Below are positions 11,137-20,302 of a DNA stretch of 64,000 nucleotides, piece after piece. The number at the start of each line of letters is the position of its first letter. Within the stretch, counting starts at the first letter, position 1. Below the pieces are notes generated by a model. The model saw only the letters and a program-made list of their open reading frames with translations. It was not told the DNA's origin and did not search any database. The position numbers and the translations under genes are program-made. This DNA is from an uncultured bacterium (GTDB lineage Bacteria > Babelota > Babeliae > Babelales > RVW-14): the NCBI GenBank assembly GCA_963759805.1, contig CAVXAT010000008.1, forward strand, positions 32,001-96,000, in the 5' to 3' direction.

Positions 11137-12583
11137 ATTTATTGCGTTTAATTTTACTGATCATATCGTGATATTTTAAATAAATCCTATCTGTTAACGT
11201 AAGCTGCGCTTTAAGCTTTTCATTCAAAAAACTACCTTCAAAAAACCCTGAAGGCTTAAATCGTTTAAAATCTATTCCTCTAGTCGCCGCCCAAAATGCA
11301 TATTTAAACGAATTTTCCTTAGGCTTTGGTTTTAAATCGGCATTTATCAAATCAAAAAGTTCTGTTTTGCTTTTAGGATTATAAGTGCAATCCAAATCTT
11401 CGTAAATCGCTCGCCCTATCAAAATTGCAGGCTTAGCCCAGAAACATGATTCTACACCAATTGTAGAACTAAAAACTATCACTTTGTTTGCTGCATTCAT
11501 TAGGGCATAACTATCAACGTTGTTTTCCGGATCAATAATTTCTAGATTTTTTAAATTCATTTGTTTTAATTTATGCAATTCTCTTAGTTGGCTATTATTT
11601 TTATCTTTCAAATTGGGATGTATTCTTAAATAAAACTTTAACTTATCATCATGCTCAAATTGTTTAGATATGGATATTAAGGCATCTATTTCATCCTTAA
11701 ATAAATCCCATGCCCAATCATCGATTGTATCGTATTCAGAAGCAGACGAATTAAAAATTACAACATTTGTCAGATTCTTATCAAAATTACTTGGCAAAGC
11801 ATATTTTTGTTGATTTTTAATATATGAAAACCAATCTTGATCAATGCCTTTTAATCGATCAAAAAACCATTTTTGAGATATTTTTACTTTTTCATTTTCA
11901 TCAAGATTTGAATTTTTCCAATAAACTTGAATTTCTCTTTTTTGATTGGATAATGAATGAACCCATTCACAGTCAACCAACCAATATTTATCTGCGGAAG
12001 CCCCACGCTCATGCGTATAAAATTTCACACCCAATTGCTGGCAAGCTCTAAGAGCTGAGCGATTATCTAAAAGACGCCCATTAAATAAATAGACACGATC
12101 AGGCTTCAAATTATTCAATAGCTCTGTTACCGACAAATAAATCTTTATGGATGAAACTAAACCATTGTAAACATCTTCTTTTTTTTGTAATGGATCAAAC
12201 AAATGATCATTCCATTCCGATGTCAATGAAGATATAACGCCCAGGCCAAAATCAACATTAAATAATTTAAAACTTCTTAATTCTTCTAGGCTTTCAATTT
12301 TTGCAGGAATCAGCGATAAAATTTCTTTGAGAATATGTTTTTTTAAAAAAAATATATTTTTTGAAGAAAGACCAATTTCCTTCATTCCTAACCAAAAACG
12401 TCTCTTGCATTTAATGCAACCCAACTTTATGTTTTGAGGATTTGATGAACATCGCAAAAGATTTTGTCCGCATGTTAAAACATAAACATCATCGCCAACG
12501 CCCAAATGGTCCATCATTAATTCTAATTCCGTTTCAAAATGAGGGATCCAGCAATTGTTAATAGAAAAAAAGAGTACTTTCAT
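11126..12583 (-). CDS. Capsule-polysaccharide-biosynthesis-like GT-B protein; candidate nonulosonate (Pse) transferase
   Basis: LFNGR, THERG, LRIHPN, SSTIGVES motifs resemble KpsS/capsule-synthesis proteins; last gene of the pse operon. Confidence 0.5.
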   Translation of the reverse strand: MKVLFFSINNCWIPHFETELELMMDHLGVGDDVYVLTCGQNLLRCSSNPQNIKLGCIKCKRRFWLGMKEIGLSSKNIFFLKKHILKEILSLIPAKIESLEELRSFKLFNVDFGLGVISSLTSEWNDHLFDPLQKKEDVYNGLVSSIKIYLSVTELLNNLKPDRVYLFNGRLLDNRSALRACQQLGVKFYTHERGASADKYWLVDCEWVHSLSNQKREIQVYWKNSNLDENEKVKISQKWFFDRLKGIDQDWFSYIKNQQKYALPSNFDKNLTNVVIFNSSASEYDTIDDWAWDLFKDEIDALISISKQFEHDDKLKFYLRIHPNLKDKNNSQLRELHKLKQMNLKNLEIIDPENNVDSYALMNAANKVIVFSSTIGVESCFWAKPAILIGRAIYEDLDCTYNPKSKTELFDLINADLKPKPKENSFKYAFWAATRGIDFKRFKPSGFFEGSFLNEKLKAQLTLTDRIYLKYHDMISKIKRNKFTL

Positions 12584-12589
12584 AAAAAA

Positions 12590-13345
12590 TTACTTTCTCA
12601 CCCTAAAACCACAATCAGCCAAATATTTTTTTGCTTCCTTAGGCGTCTGTTCTGTAAAATGAAAAATACTTGCGGCAGCCACAGCCTTGGCCCCATTTTT
12701 GATTGCATCAGCCATATCTTTATATCCCTTGACTCCACCGGAGGCAATAACAGGAATATTAACGCAACTCGTCACAAGCTTGATTAAATCTAAATCATAA
12801 CCTAGCATTGTTCCATCGCGATCTGTGCTAGTTATCAAAATTTCACCAGCACCAAGGGCCTCAGCCGTTTTCACCCAATCTTTAACTAGCATACCGGTCG
12901 CTTGTGTGCCGCTATGACTGTAGCATTCATATTCACCATCTAATCTTTTTTTTGCATCCACACTTATAACAATACACTGCGAACCAAAAACATTTGCTGC
13001 TTCTTTTATAAAGTTAGGATTTTCAAAAACAACGCTGTTAATGCAAATTTTATCTGCACCAAATTTTAATAAATCTCTGATATCATCAAGCGATCTTATT
13101 CCACCACCAACAGTCAAGGGAACAAAGCATTCGCATGAAAATTCTTTCACCAGCTCAAAATCAGGTCGCCTACCTTCTCTTGTGGCAGCAATATCAACAA
13201 TGATTAACTCATCAACCTGCCGCATATTATAAACCTTAATTGCAGGCAAAATTGTTCCAACATGCCGCCAGCTATCAAATTTAATGCCTTTAACAAGACT
13301 ATTCCCATCATAAAGAAGGGTTGGAATTAATCGAATTTTTAGCAA
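12590..13345 (-). CDS. hisF: HisF-like cyclase subunit (WbuZ-type, glycan amidotransferase partner)
   Basis: RLIPTLL, PLTVGGGI, GAGEILITSTDRDGTMLGYD, PVIASGG; lies in the glycan operon, not a his operon. Confidence 0.85.
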   Translation of the reverse strand: MLKIRLIPTLLYDGNSLVKGIKFDSWRHVGTILPAIKVYNMRQVDELIIVDIAATREGRRPDFELVKEFSCECFVPLTVGGGIRSLDDIRDLLKFGADKICINSVVFENPNFIKEAANVFGSQCIVISVDAKKRLDGEYECYSHSGTQATGMLVKDWVKTAEALGAGEILITSTDRDGTMLGYDLDLIKLVTSCVNIPVIASGGVKGYKDMADAIKNGAKAVAAASIFHFTEQTPKEAKKYLADCGFRVRK

Positions 13346-13362
13346 ATTAATATCTCCTAGCT

Positions 13363-13395
13363 TGTCATCCTGAATTTATTTCAGGATCCATGGAT
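13363..13395. repeat. Single TGTCA-type REP-like palindrome between hisH and hisF
   Basis: TGTCATCCTGAA-TTTAT-TTCAGGATCCATGGAT; the same unit recurs in all four TIR elements. Confidence 0.85.
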
Positions 13396-13419
13396 TAAAT
13401 AAGTTCCTTAAAAAAAGTT

Positions 13420-14034
13420 TCATACCTTTAAAAAATTTTTAATCAATTCAAAGCCCCATGGAACGCTTTTTTCCGGATGAAATTGAACTCCAAAAATATT
13501 TTTATGTTTTATAGCAGAAACAAATTCATTGCAGTATGGGGTAGATGTTAAAGCGACATTACTATCAACCGGAATAAAATGATAACTATGAACAAAATAA
13601 AAATCGCTTTTATCTGGAATATTTTCAAAAAGTTTGTTCTGTTTTTTTATGCAAACTTCATTCCATCCAACATGCGGAATTGATTCTAAATCATGTTTTC
13701 TTTCAAGTTTTTCAACTATTCCGGAAACAAATCCTAAACCGTTACAAATCCCACCCTCTGTTCCAGTATCAGCTAAAAGCTGCATTCCCAAACAAACACC
13801 TAATAATGGAATATTGTTTTCCAAAACCTCTTTTCTTAAAACATCGACAAACCCGAATTTTATTAAATTATTCATCCCAGAACCAAAAGCACCCACACCA
13901 GGCAGAACAATTTTTTCGGCTGCACACAAATCCTTGGGTTCATCAGAAACTTTTACACTTGCACCGCATTCCTGAAAAAACCGCGTAATTGATCCCAAAT
14001 TACCCATTCCATAATCAATTATTACAACTGTCAT
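13420..14034 (-). CDS. hisH: HisH-like class I glutamine amidotransferase (WbuY-type)
   Basis: DYGMGN, LPGVGAF, GVCLGMQ, PHVGWN, FVHSY, QFHPEKS. Confidence 0.9.
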   Translation of the reverse strand: MTVVIIDYGMGNLGSITRFFQECGASVKVSDEPKDLCAAEKIVLPGVGAFGSGMNNLIKFGFVDVLRKEVLENNIPLLGVCLGMQLLADTGTEGGICNGLGFVSGIVEKLERKHDLESIPHVGWNEVCIKKQNKLFENIPDKSDFYFVHSYHFIPVDSNVALTSTPYCNEFVSAIKHKNIFGVQFHPEKSVPWGFELIKNFLKV

Positions 14035-15236
14035 AAATTTACACTGTTAAATTTTGTAGAAATCGCAAAATTCAAAAAATCACTCTCCAGCGACTCCGGA
14101 TAATGTAATTTTATTAAATTTCCATCAGGATCCTTAACAAGATTTCCCCTTGAATCCGTTTTAAAAATCTTCTTGTTGGTAAATTTATCACAAATCTTGA
14201 TAAATTGGTCAACAGTCATATCTATAGGTTTCAAAATTTCCCCGATAGGCTTACCCAAACAAGTCCATGGGAATTTACCATCTAACCTTCTAACAATCTC
14301 AACCGCATCACGTCGACTTAATCTACCCCTCCTTAAGTGTAAACATGCCAGATCTGTAGCTCTACCAAAACCAAATTTTAAATACTTAAAATAATCATGA
14401 ACTCCTGTTTGATGGTTATCTACATTTTCATAACTAACCATCGATCCTTCAACAGTATTTGAATATGATGTAAATCCAAAAGCCTGCGAAATTAGCGCAT
14501 TAGAAAGCCCGTCCCACGGTAAATAGTAACCTAAATATAATCCCGTAACCCCAACGACTCTCAATTGCTCATCGCAAGGATATGTAAAGGCAATTAAATC
14601 TTTTTTCTCAATTCCATCAACTCCAATTAGATCAGAGACTCTTAAACCCAAAAGCCCCCCAAACTCTTCTAACCATCTTCTATCTAAAACATTATTTTCA
14701 CCTGCGGCAGCGGGCCCACCATATTCATTTTGAGCATTCTCTCCCCAAATAATTAATGGGATTCTATAATTAACTGCCACCTGGATAGGAATTGTAAAAA
14801 TGCCAACATGCTCAGGCCAAGAAATATCCCCAACCTGCATTAGTGCAATTTTATTCAATTTTTTTCTAATCACAGGATTTGTTGTAAATTCCAGATAATC
14901 AACACCCAAATTTTTAAGATTTTCGATATTTTTTCTGCCTATTTCAGATAAGTGGCAAGTTGTAGCAGTTACGCACAATGGGTTCATTCCAAGCTGCAAC
15001 ATACGTATAACTTGGTATGTACTATCCTTCCCCCCACTGACAGGAACTATGCAATCCCAGTTACTTCCGTCTTTAGATTTGTATCGATCCAGAATATTTA
15101 ACAATTCATCACGCCTAGCTGTCCAATCTATTATTTTTCTTTTTTCATAATTTTCACAAGCACTGCAAACTCCGCACTCATTAAATTTTAAATCAGGCTT
15201 TGTATCAGGCATTACACATTTAACGCAATAACGCAT
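14031..15236 (-). CDS. N-acetyl sugar amidotransferase (WbuX/PseA family)
   Basis: N-terminal CxxC..CxxC, PP-loop VSGGKDS, YFKYLKFGFGRAT; followed by hisH/hisF. Confidence 0.88.
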   Translation of the reverse strand: MRYCVKCVMPDTKPDLKFNECGVCSACENYEKRKIIDWTARRDELLNILDRYKSKDGSNWDCIVPVSGGKDSTYQVIRMLQLGMNPLCVTATTCHLSEIGRKNIENLKNLGVDYLEFTTNPVIRKKLNKIALMQVGDISWPEHVGIFTIPIQVAVNYRIPLIIWGENAQNEYGGPAAAGENNVLDRRWLEEFGGLLGLRVSDLIGVDGIEKKDLIAFTYPCDEQLRVVGVTGLYLGYYLPWDGLSNALISQAFGFTSYSNTVEGSMVSYENVDNHQTGVHDYFKYLKFGFGRATDLACLHLRRGRLSRRDAVEIVRRLDGKFPWTCLGKPIGEILKPIDMTVDQFIKICDKFTNKKIFKTDSRGNLVKDPDGNLIKLHYPESLESDFLNFAISTKFNSVNL

Positions 15237-15252
15237 AAATTTATCTCCAATT

Positions 15253-15879
15253 TTATTTGTTAACTTTTTCTAATAAGAACCAAGTTACATCATCCTGTGC
15301 AAAATATTTATCGCGACGATAAGCAAAACCATAATCAACCAAAGCAACATCCTTAAACCTATCTAAAAATTCTCCCGCAAAATCACGCTTAAATAGCTTA
15401 TTAGAGTGCCCTCTGTAATCAAGCGCAACAGGCTTTGGATTATAGTATTCAATAATGCAAATATATTTATTTGAAGTTTCATGCATTAAATCATAAACTT
15501 GAGATAATTTTTCTGGATTTATGTGAATTAAAACACCTTTTGATAAAACAAAATCATATTTTTTATTACATGAAAAATCTAAAATTGATTGATTGTAAAC
15601 ATCAATCTTACCAAGTTGACTAAGTTTTTGGCAGGCATATTCATTAATTTCAATTGCAGCAAGATTAATGTCTGGAATAAGAGTTTTTATCGCTTGTAAA
15701 TTAAGCCCAATATTTGCCCCAATCTCAAGCACAGACCCTATATTTCTCGTACAATTTAAAATTTTTGAAAACAATGCAACATTACTTGCAAATAAATTAG
15801 CCCCCTGATTTCGGTCTGTATATTCGTCACCAAATCTATCTGCCCAAAACTTTTCTTGATCTGTTTCAAACTGCAACAT
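15253..15879 (-). CDS. Pseudaminic-acid-biosynthesis-associated SAM methyltransferase
   Basis: QEKFW..FGDEYTDRN, LEIGANIGLNL, GVLIHINP, LFKRDFAGE, QDDVTWFL. Confidence 0.85.
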   Translation of the reverse strand: MLQFETDQEKFWADRFGDEYTDRNQGANLFASNVALFSKILNCTRNIGSVLEIGANIGLNLQAIKTLIPDINLAAIEINEYACQKLSQLGKIDVYNQSILDFSCNKKYDFVLSKGVLIHINPEKLSQVYDLMHETSNKYICIIEYYNPKPVALDYRGHSNKLFKRDFAGEFLDRFKDVALVDYGFAYRRDKYFAQDDVTWFLLEKVNK

Positions 15880-15908
15880 AATAACCTTTCTCCGATTATG
15901 TCAAAAAT

Positions 15909-16610
15909 TTATAAACTCTCGTGAATAATTTTATACTTAAATTCTGCAATCTTCCAGTCTTCAAGTGTATCAACATCCTGGACTTCAGTCTCTGGAATTT
16001 TAAACGGAATAGAATTTTCAGAAAATATTTTTTTCTGCTTTAAAAAACTTTCAACTTTCATCCAATAAAATTGTCCGCAGTCATGATATGCAGGAGTTAA
16101 ATCTTGAGATCGCTTATTATAATTTTCGGGCCAAAACATTTTCAATTTTTCATCTTCGATTTTTAAAGCTCTCTGAATTGGATAGCTAAATCTCGTTACA
16201 GGGATAATGGAGTCTGCTTCAGAATTTTTCAAAAGTTCAAAGGTTTGAATTAAGCGATCTGCAGTAACAAATGGCGCAGTTGCAAGAATACAACAAAAAT
16301 ACTTAAATTCGCAGCCCATGTTTTTATATTCTAAAATCACCTCTTCAACAACATCCCCCATGGTCGCATAATCATCCGCTGTTTTTGCAGATCGAAAAAA
16401 TGGCACACTCGCACCACAGGATTGCGCTACCCGGGAAATTTCCATATCTTCTGTTGAAACCATAACTTCATCAAATAAATTAGCGCTACGCGCAGCATCA
16501 ATTGAATATTGGATTATTGGTTTGTCCAAAAACAGTTTTATATTCTTTCGAGGGATTCTTTTACTTCCTCCACGAGCCGGAATAATGGCCAAACATTTAT
16601 CTTTATGCAT
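15909..16610 (-). CDS. pseF: Pseudaminic acid cytidylyltransferase
   Basis: IIPARGGSKRIPRKNIK, RSQDL..YHDCGQFYW, QDVDTLEDW. Confidence 0.88.
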   Translation of the reverse strand: MHKDKCLAIIPARGGSKRIPRKNIKLFLDKPIIQYSIDAARSANLFDEVMVSTEDMEISRVAQSCGASVPFFRSAKTADDYATMGDVVEEVILEYKNMGCEFKYFCCILATAPFVTADRLIQTFELLKNSEADSIIPVTRFSYPIQRALKIEDEKLKMFWPENYNKRSQDLTPAYHDCGQFYWMKVESFLKQKKIFSENSIPFKIPETEVQDVDTLEDWKIAEFKYKIIHESL

Positions 16611-16620
16611 AAAAATCTTT

Positions 16621-17688
16621 TCAAATTATAGCATCCCATTTAACTGGAGTACCCTTCTTTAAATCTCGAGAAATTTTTTTACCCAAAAATTCGTCGTAAT
16701 ATTTTGGTGAAAGTCCTAACCCAGGTCTAACTATTCTTAAATTTTCTTGAGTGAATATATCGCCAGACTTCATATCTTGAGCCACGTACAGAGACTGACG
16801 GAACTGAAGAGACTTCTCCTCCGCACCTGATGGTTTATAACAAACATCACCCAACGCTTGCCAAGCGCGTTTGGTTTCAATAACTAAATTTTTCATCTCC
16901 TCAGGCTCAAGCGAAAATGTGGAATCTACCCCACCATCTGCCCGATTTAATGTAAAATGTTTTTCAATAAATGTAGCCCCAAGCGCAACACTAGCAACAC
17001 TAACACCAATGCCAAGTGTATGGTCAGACAAGCCAACCTGACAGTCGAAAAGCTTTTGCATATGAGGAATTGTTAAAATATTCGACTGGCTTGGTTCGGC
17101 AGGATAAGAACTTGTACACTTGAGTAATATTAAATCTTTGCAACCATTGCCTCTTGCAGTTTTTACAGCATCATCAAGCTCTGCAACGCTTGCCATACCA
17201 GTGGACATAATTATTGGCTTACCTGTTTGCGCCACCTTTTTTATCAAGGGCAGATGAACATTTTCAAACGATGCAATTTTATAACAGGGGACATTTAATG
17301 TTTCTAAAAAATCAACCGCCGTTTCATCAAATGGGGTACTAAAACAAATAATACCCAACTCTTTACACTTATCCATAATCGGCTTATGCCATTGCCATGG
17401 AGTATGTGCCTTTTGGTAAAGATCATAAAGCTTAGTGCCATTCCATTGGCTTTTTGCATCGGATATATAAAAGTCCGGGGTTTCAGCATTCAAGGTGATT
17501 GTATCTGCAGTATATGTTTGTAATTTTAACGCATGTGCACCAGATTTTGCGGCCGCACCAACCAATTCTAATGCCCGCGCTAAGGATTGATTGTGATTTC
17601 CAGACATTTCTGCAACAATAAATGGCTGGACCTCCCAACCAACTCTTTTTTCACCTATTACCAGCTCTCTCATATGAATACACCTCAA
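16621..17688 (-). CDS. pseI: Pseudaminic acid synthase
   Basis: IVAEMSGNHNQS, KLQTYTADT, KIASFE, GLSDHTLG, C-terminal SAF domain RPGLGL. Confidence 0.92.
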   Translation of the reverse strand: MRCIHMRELVIGEKRVGWEVQPFIVAEMSGNHNQSLARALELVGAAAKSGAHALKLQTYTADTITLNAETPDFYISDAKSQWNGTKLYDLYQKAHTPWQWHKPIMDKCKELGIICFSTPFDETAVDFLETLNVPCYKIASFENVHLPLIKKVAQTGKPIIMSTGMASVAELDDAVKTARGNGCKDLILLKCTSSYPAEPSQSNILTIPHMQKLFDCQVGLSDHTLGIGVSVASVALGATFIEKHFTLNRADGGVDSTFSLEPEEMKNLVIETKRAWQALGDVCYKPSGAEEKSLQFRQSLYVAQDMKSGDIFTQENLRIVRPGLGLSPKYYDEFLGKKISRDLKKGTPVKWDAII

Positions 17689-17706
17689 TTTTACAAATCT
17701 TTGATT

Positions 17707-18192
17707 TTACAAATCGCTAATTTTGGAAATCTCAAATTTTAAAAATTCAGTAGAATTAATTAATTTTTGCCCAACTAATTTATACCCCACTTTTAAAAAA
17801 ATATTAATAGACTGTTTATTTTCTTTTTTTATGTAAGCTAATATTTTATTGAAATTAAAGCTGTTAAAAGCTTTTTCGGTTGAATCTTTTAAAATCATTG
17901 CCCCTAAACCCTTACCACGAAAATCTTGCGCTATGCTAATACTGACAACCCCAATTTCGAAATTGTCTTGATCTCGATCAAATCTGACCTGCGCAACTAA
18001 TTTATCATGCACATCTTTTGCAACAAAATAAACGCAAGCACTAGATTTGATCTTGTTTGAAAACCAAACAACATGATCTCTCCACTTTATTGGATCAGAG
18101 TTAATAGAATTCTGTCGAACCAGTGGATCATTAGATAAATCAAATATATCTTTTATATCTTTTTTAGATGCAAGTTCTACAAGTAAAGCCAT
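17707..18192 (-). CDS. pseH: GNAT N-acetyltransferase, PseH-like
   Basis: NDPLVRQNS, HVVWF, QVRFD, FRGKGLG, NxxS..F.KVGY; likely start ATG 18192; directly upstream of pseI. Confidence 0.7.
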   Translation of the reverse strand: MALLVELASKKDIKDIFDLSNDPLVRQNSINSDPIKWRDHVVWFSNKIKSSACVYFVAKDVHDKLVAQVRFDRDQDNFEIGVVSISIAQDFRGKGLGAMILKDSTEKAFNSFNFNKILAYIKKENKQSINIFLKVGYKLVGQKLINSTEFLKFEISKISDL

Positions 18193-18967
18193 TATCTCTC
18201 TCTTTTGATAACCAATAATATTTCTTGAAATAAATGATATCTTGCTCAAAATCTTTAAGGCTGTCCTTAAAATCTTTTGGCGTTTCAAGAGTTAACATAA
18301 AAGATTCGGGCAAAAGTGCGATGATTTTTTGCATATCACAGTTTCCGTCATATAGATGCCTGTGTTCATCATAGATATTTAAAATATCATTTCCACTGAT
18401 GTGAAATATTTTGGGATTAAATTTTACAAATTCGCTTACATATTCGCATTGATCAATTTCTTGCGCATTTGCCGCACAAATTGCATGCGCAATATCCAAA
18501 CAAAATCCAACTTTCGTTTCTTCTACAATTTTTTCAATTTCTTGTGGAGAGTTTCCGTTACAAATCAGATTATCCACTATGGCAAAATAAGGCTTATTTT
18601 CTATAACAATTCTAGAATCGTTAATTTTATTTAACTGAAAAATTGTTTGATCAATATCACCTGCAACGCCCGGATGAAATATAATTATCTCAGCACCAAG
18701 TGCATCTGCAAACTTTTGTGCTTGAGCTACTAATTTCATATTTTTTTCAAAACAATCTTTATCAGCAAAATTTAACCCTGTTGTATAGTGCGGCCCATGT
18801 ATGACATATGGAATATTTAGAGACTTCCAAATATCTATAGTTTCTGAATAAGTATCAGGAATAGTAAAAAGTTCGATGTAATCAAAAACGCCTAAATCAT
18901 ACAATCGACGAGATTCATCCACATAATTTTTATTTGTAGACCAGAGCTTTAATCCAAGTTTAAACAT
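18164..18967 (-). CDS. Endonuclease IV / xylose-isomerase-like TIM-barrel metalloenzyme
   Basis: Ordered motifs IHGPH, FHPG, IENKP, LDIAH, FHISG, DEHRH, LET. Confidence 0.75.
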   Translation of the reverse strand: MFKLGLKLWSTNKNYVDESRRLYDLGVFDYIELFTIPDTYSETIDIWKSLNIPYVIHGPHYTTGLNFADKDCFEKNMKLVAQAQKFADALGAEIIIFHPGVAGDIDQTIFQLNKINDSRIVIENKPYFAIVDNLICNGNSPQEIEKIVEETKVGFCLDIAHAICAANAQEIDQCEYVSEFVKFNPKIFHISGNDILNIYDEHRHLYDGNCDMQKIIALLPESFMLTLETPKDFKDSLKDFEQDIIYFKKYYWLSKERDNGFTCRTCI

Positions 18968-18969
18968 AT

Positions 18970-20124
18970 TCAAACACAAACCTTTTTAATAATTCCAACA
19001 ATTTTTTTAATATCATTGTCGCTCAAACCTGGATGCAATGGCAAAGAAAGTGTTTTTTGATAATACCGTTCAGCCTCTGGGTAATCACCAACTTTAAAAC
19101 CAAGTTTCTGAAAATATGGTTGTGTATGCACAGGAATATAATGAACTTGTAGCCAAAGGCCATGCTGTTTTAATTTTTCAAACAGCTCTTTTTTATTAAT
19201 TTTAATTTTATCAAAATCAATCATCAGCGGCCAGAGGTGCCAAGCGGATTTTGAGTATCCCTGCTCTTGTAAAAAGCCAAATCGCGCATCACCTGCAAAA
19301 AGTTGCTTGTAAATCTCAACAATTTCTCTCCGCCGTTTTATAAATTTGCCGATTCGTTTGAGCTGAGAAAGACCTAGTGCAGCTTGGACATCGGTCATCC
19401 TGTAATTATATCCAAGCTCAATCATCTGGTGGCACCAACCACCATCACAGTGGAACATTTTTTGTGGATCACGGGTTATGCCATAAGAACGTAATAACAG
19501 AAGTTTTTCATACAATTCTTTGCTATTTGTGGTAATGGCACCCCCCTCTCCGGAAGTTATTGTTTTAACCGGGTGGAAAGAAAATATGGTCATGTCTGAA
19601 AATTCGCATGCACCAATTTTTTTGCTTTTATATTCAGAGCCAATTGCATGTGCAGCATCTTCGACTATAAATAGATTATGTTTTTTGGCTATTTCGTAAA
19701 TCTTTTGCATATCACATGGCTGTCCTGCAAAGTGAACAGGGACTATGCCCCAAGTTTTTGATGTAATCTGTTTTTTGATTTTTTCTGGATCTATACAAGC
19801 TATTTCTGGATCGATATCTGCAAATTTTACGATTCCACCAGTGTACAAAACACAGATTGCTGAAGCTAAAAACGTGTTTGGGGTAGTAATTACCTCGTCT
19901 CCGGACTTAACACCAAGCGCAAGCATGCATAAATGAAGTGCAGCGCCACCGTTGCTGACAACAACAGCATACTTTGCACCGGTGTAACTACAAAGTGCAT
20001 CTTCAAACTCTTTAATCTTTGGCCCTTGGGTCAACCAGTCCGATCTTAGAACCTTTACTACCTCCCAAATATCTCGTAAAGATATTGACTGCTTGCCGTA
20101 GGTATAAATCTTTTTTGAAAACAT
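18970..20124 (-). CDS. pseC: UDP-4-amino-4,6-dideoxy-N-acetyl-beta-L-altrosamine transaminase
   Basis: YGKQSI, LTQGP, EDAAHAIG, FSFHPVKTITSGEGG, LGYNYRMTD, QVHYIPVH. Confidence 0.9.
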   Translation of the reverse strand: MFSKKIYTYGKQSISLRDIWEVVKVLRSDWLTQGPKIKEFEDALCSYTGAKYAVVVSNGGAALHLCMLALGVKSGDEVITTPNTFLASAICVLYTGGIVKFADIDPEIACIDPEKIKKQITSKTWGIVPVHFAGQPCDMQKIYEIAKKHNLFIVEDAAHAIGSEYKSKKIGACEFSDMTIFSFHPVKTITSGEGGAITTNSKELYEKLLLLRSYGITRDPQKMFHCDGGWCHQMIELGYNYRMTDVQAALGLSQLKRIGKFIKRRREIVEIYKQLFAGDARFGFLQEQGYSKSAWHLWPLMIDFDKIKINKKELFEKLKQHGLWLQVHYIPVHTQPYFQKLGFKVGDYPEAERYYQKTLSLPLHPGLSDNDIKKIVGIIKKVCV

Positions 20125-20302
20125 TCTACTCTCCTGAACACATAAAACATAGTTACCATGTTACACGTCATAACCAAGAGCTCAATCGCAACAATCTGTA
20201 TCATATCAAGACTATTTGTTCTGACAAGATTGCCCCTTTATCAAAAATAGATAGAATACATTTGTGGTGCTAAATCAAGATTGCTAAAAAAGGAGATTTC
20301 GT

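Noticed and set aside
12590..14034. Histidine biosynthesis operon
   Set aside because: hisH/hisF-like genes follow an N-acetyl sugar amidotransferase inside a glycan operon and no other his genes are present.
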